In this document: piece by piece, positions 49,200 through 50,131 of the stretch | How positions within the stretch are numbered: position 1 is the first letter of the stretch | Layout of the letters: every line of letters begins with the position of its first letter | Assembly: GCA_964606015.1 (NCBI GenBank) | Contig: CAZSEZ010000001.1 | Span: forward strand, 1 to 50,131 | Direction of reading: 5' to 3' | DNA length: 50,131 nucleotides | Source of the DNA: an uncultured bacterium | GTDB lineage: Bacteria > Cyanobacteriota > Cyanobacteriia > Cyanobacteriales > Xenococcaceae | Position numbers and translations under genes: made by a program | The notes under the pieces: generated by a model | What the model was told of the DNA's origin: nothing | The model's database searches: none | Seen by the model: the letters and a program-made list of their open reading frames with translations, nothing else

Positions 49200-49501
49200 G
49201 GAACCGACCAGAAGAAAAATTACTCGTTAATTGTAGATCGCAATTCTCAGCTCCAGAATGGCCAGCACCTTAAAACAGCCGATGATTAAACTCTTGGCCA
49301 ACCAAAATATCAGCAAATATGGTCTTGAAAGATACTGCATGCTAGAAAATCAGAGAGAGTAACCAATCCAAAAAATCAGCGGCATCCAGAGAGTATCACT
49401 CCGCTTTTACGCTAAGAGCCAAGGTATATAGCTTCGGCAATAATATCCCTCATAGCCTGTGGCTACGGAAGAATAACTATTACTTTTATCTATTCGCTAA
49501 A

Positions 49502-49963
49502 CTAATTGGCCAACAGAGGTAAACACTTAGTCAAACGTTCGTCTACATAAAGGATATTAGGGTTAGTTGCAATAGAATCGATCGCCGAGATCAAAGTAGG
49601 ACTACTACTATCTTTGAGACAAAAAGAATTAACATCTAACTTATGGAGATACTCAATAATTTCAGGATGCTTGCAATAACTCCAATGCACGAAAGAAATC
49701 TCAGGCGCAATTGCCTTGATAATCGAAATATTTTCGGTATTTGGTTGTAATTCTAGGTCAAAAAAGATCACATCAATTTCCATGTCATCGTAAAGACAAG
49801 AAAACACATCCTCCAGATTCTCAACCACTGTAACTTTGTGATAAGGTCTACTTTCGGCGATCGCGTTGGTCAAAAATGAACTATGAAACTTACCAGATTC
49901 AACAACGATAATCTGAAGGGCTTTATAACGGCTGTTTACAAAGGGTACGACCTGATTATTCAT
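49502..49963 (-). CDS. Stand-alone receiver-domain protein (NarL-like REC, no HTH)
   Basis: IIVVE, DVIFFDLEL, SFCLKDSS..L..AI pattern. Confidence 0.72.
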   Translation of the reverse strand: MNNQVVPFVNSRYKALQIIVVESGKFHSSFLTNAIAESRPYHKVTVVENLEDVFSCLYDDMEIDVIFFDLELQPNTENISIIKAIAPEISFVHWSYCKHPEIIEYLHKLDVNSFCLKDSSSPTLISAIDSIATNPNILYVDERLTKCLPLLAN

Positions 49964-50131
49964 GGAAAGTCAATGGTGATTTGTAGAATTACTTAGATGC
50001 TATTACTCAAATGATTATGAAGGACTCAGTAATCTCTGTGAATCTGCTGATAAATAAATTGACCAGAAATTAATACTTGACCCCTATTTTTTGAAGTAAT
50101 CGTAAATTTGGGGCATTCACCTACGCAAATT

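Noticed and set aside
49226-49400. 37-aa hydrophobic minus-strand ORF (MQYLSRPYLLIFWLAK...) and an imperfect CCAA..AAAA.ATCAGC repeat upstream of tldD, as a possible RiPP precursor
   Set aside because: No RBS, no leader/core pattern and no modifying enzymes nearby; TldD is commonly a housekeeping gene

Overview
Cyanobacterial chromosomal window. HIP1 octamers (GCGATCGC) are frequent, and psbY, cpcU, a fibrillin gene and an MPBQ/MSBQ methyltransferase gene are present; a Pleurocapsales-like host is an impression only. Most of it is housekeeping: galE, sds, murI, amiC, larE, mtnA, MnSOD, ppk1, bioB, tldD. The centre (about 16.0-27.4 kb) holds two adjacent modules. (i) An uncharacterised-looking small-molecule cluster: methyltransferase and GNAT acetyltransferase, divergent from an operon of cysteine dioxygenase, EamA transporter and a GshB-like ATP-grasp ligase with a remodelled substrate site. 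This is the best candidate for an undescribed system. (ii) A guanidine-assimilation locus (gdmH, hypA/hypB-type Ni chaperones, ABC importer) with an inserted GST gene, an inserted small membrane-protein gene, NtcA-type boxes and no recognisable guanidine-I riboswitch. Features missed by the ORF track are psbY, a Yfr2-family sRNA, a Yfr1-seed site over the amiC ribosome-binding site and a 34-aa membrane-peptide ORF. Also notable are a His-tailed ferrochelatase paralog, a PilP-like lipoprotein and several degenerate signalling proteins. No rRNA, tRNA, CRISPR array or transposase was seen. All family calls come from motif recognition by eye; no database searches were run.
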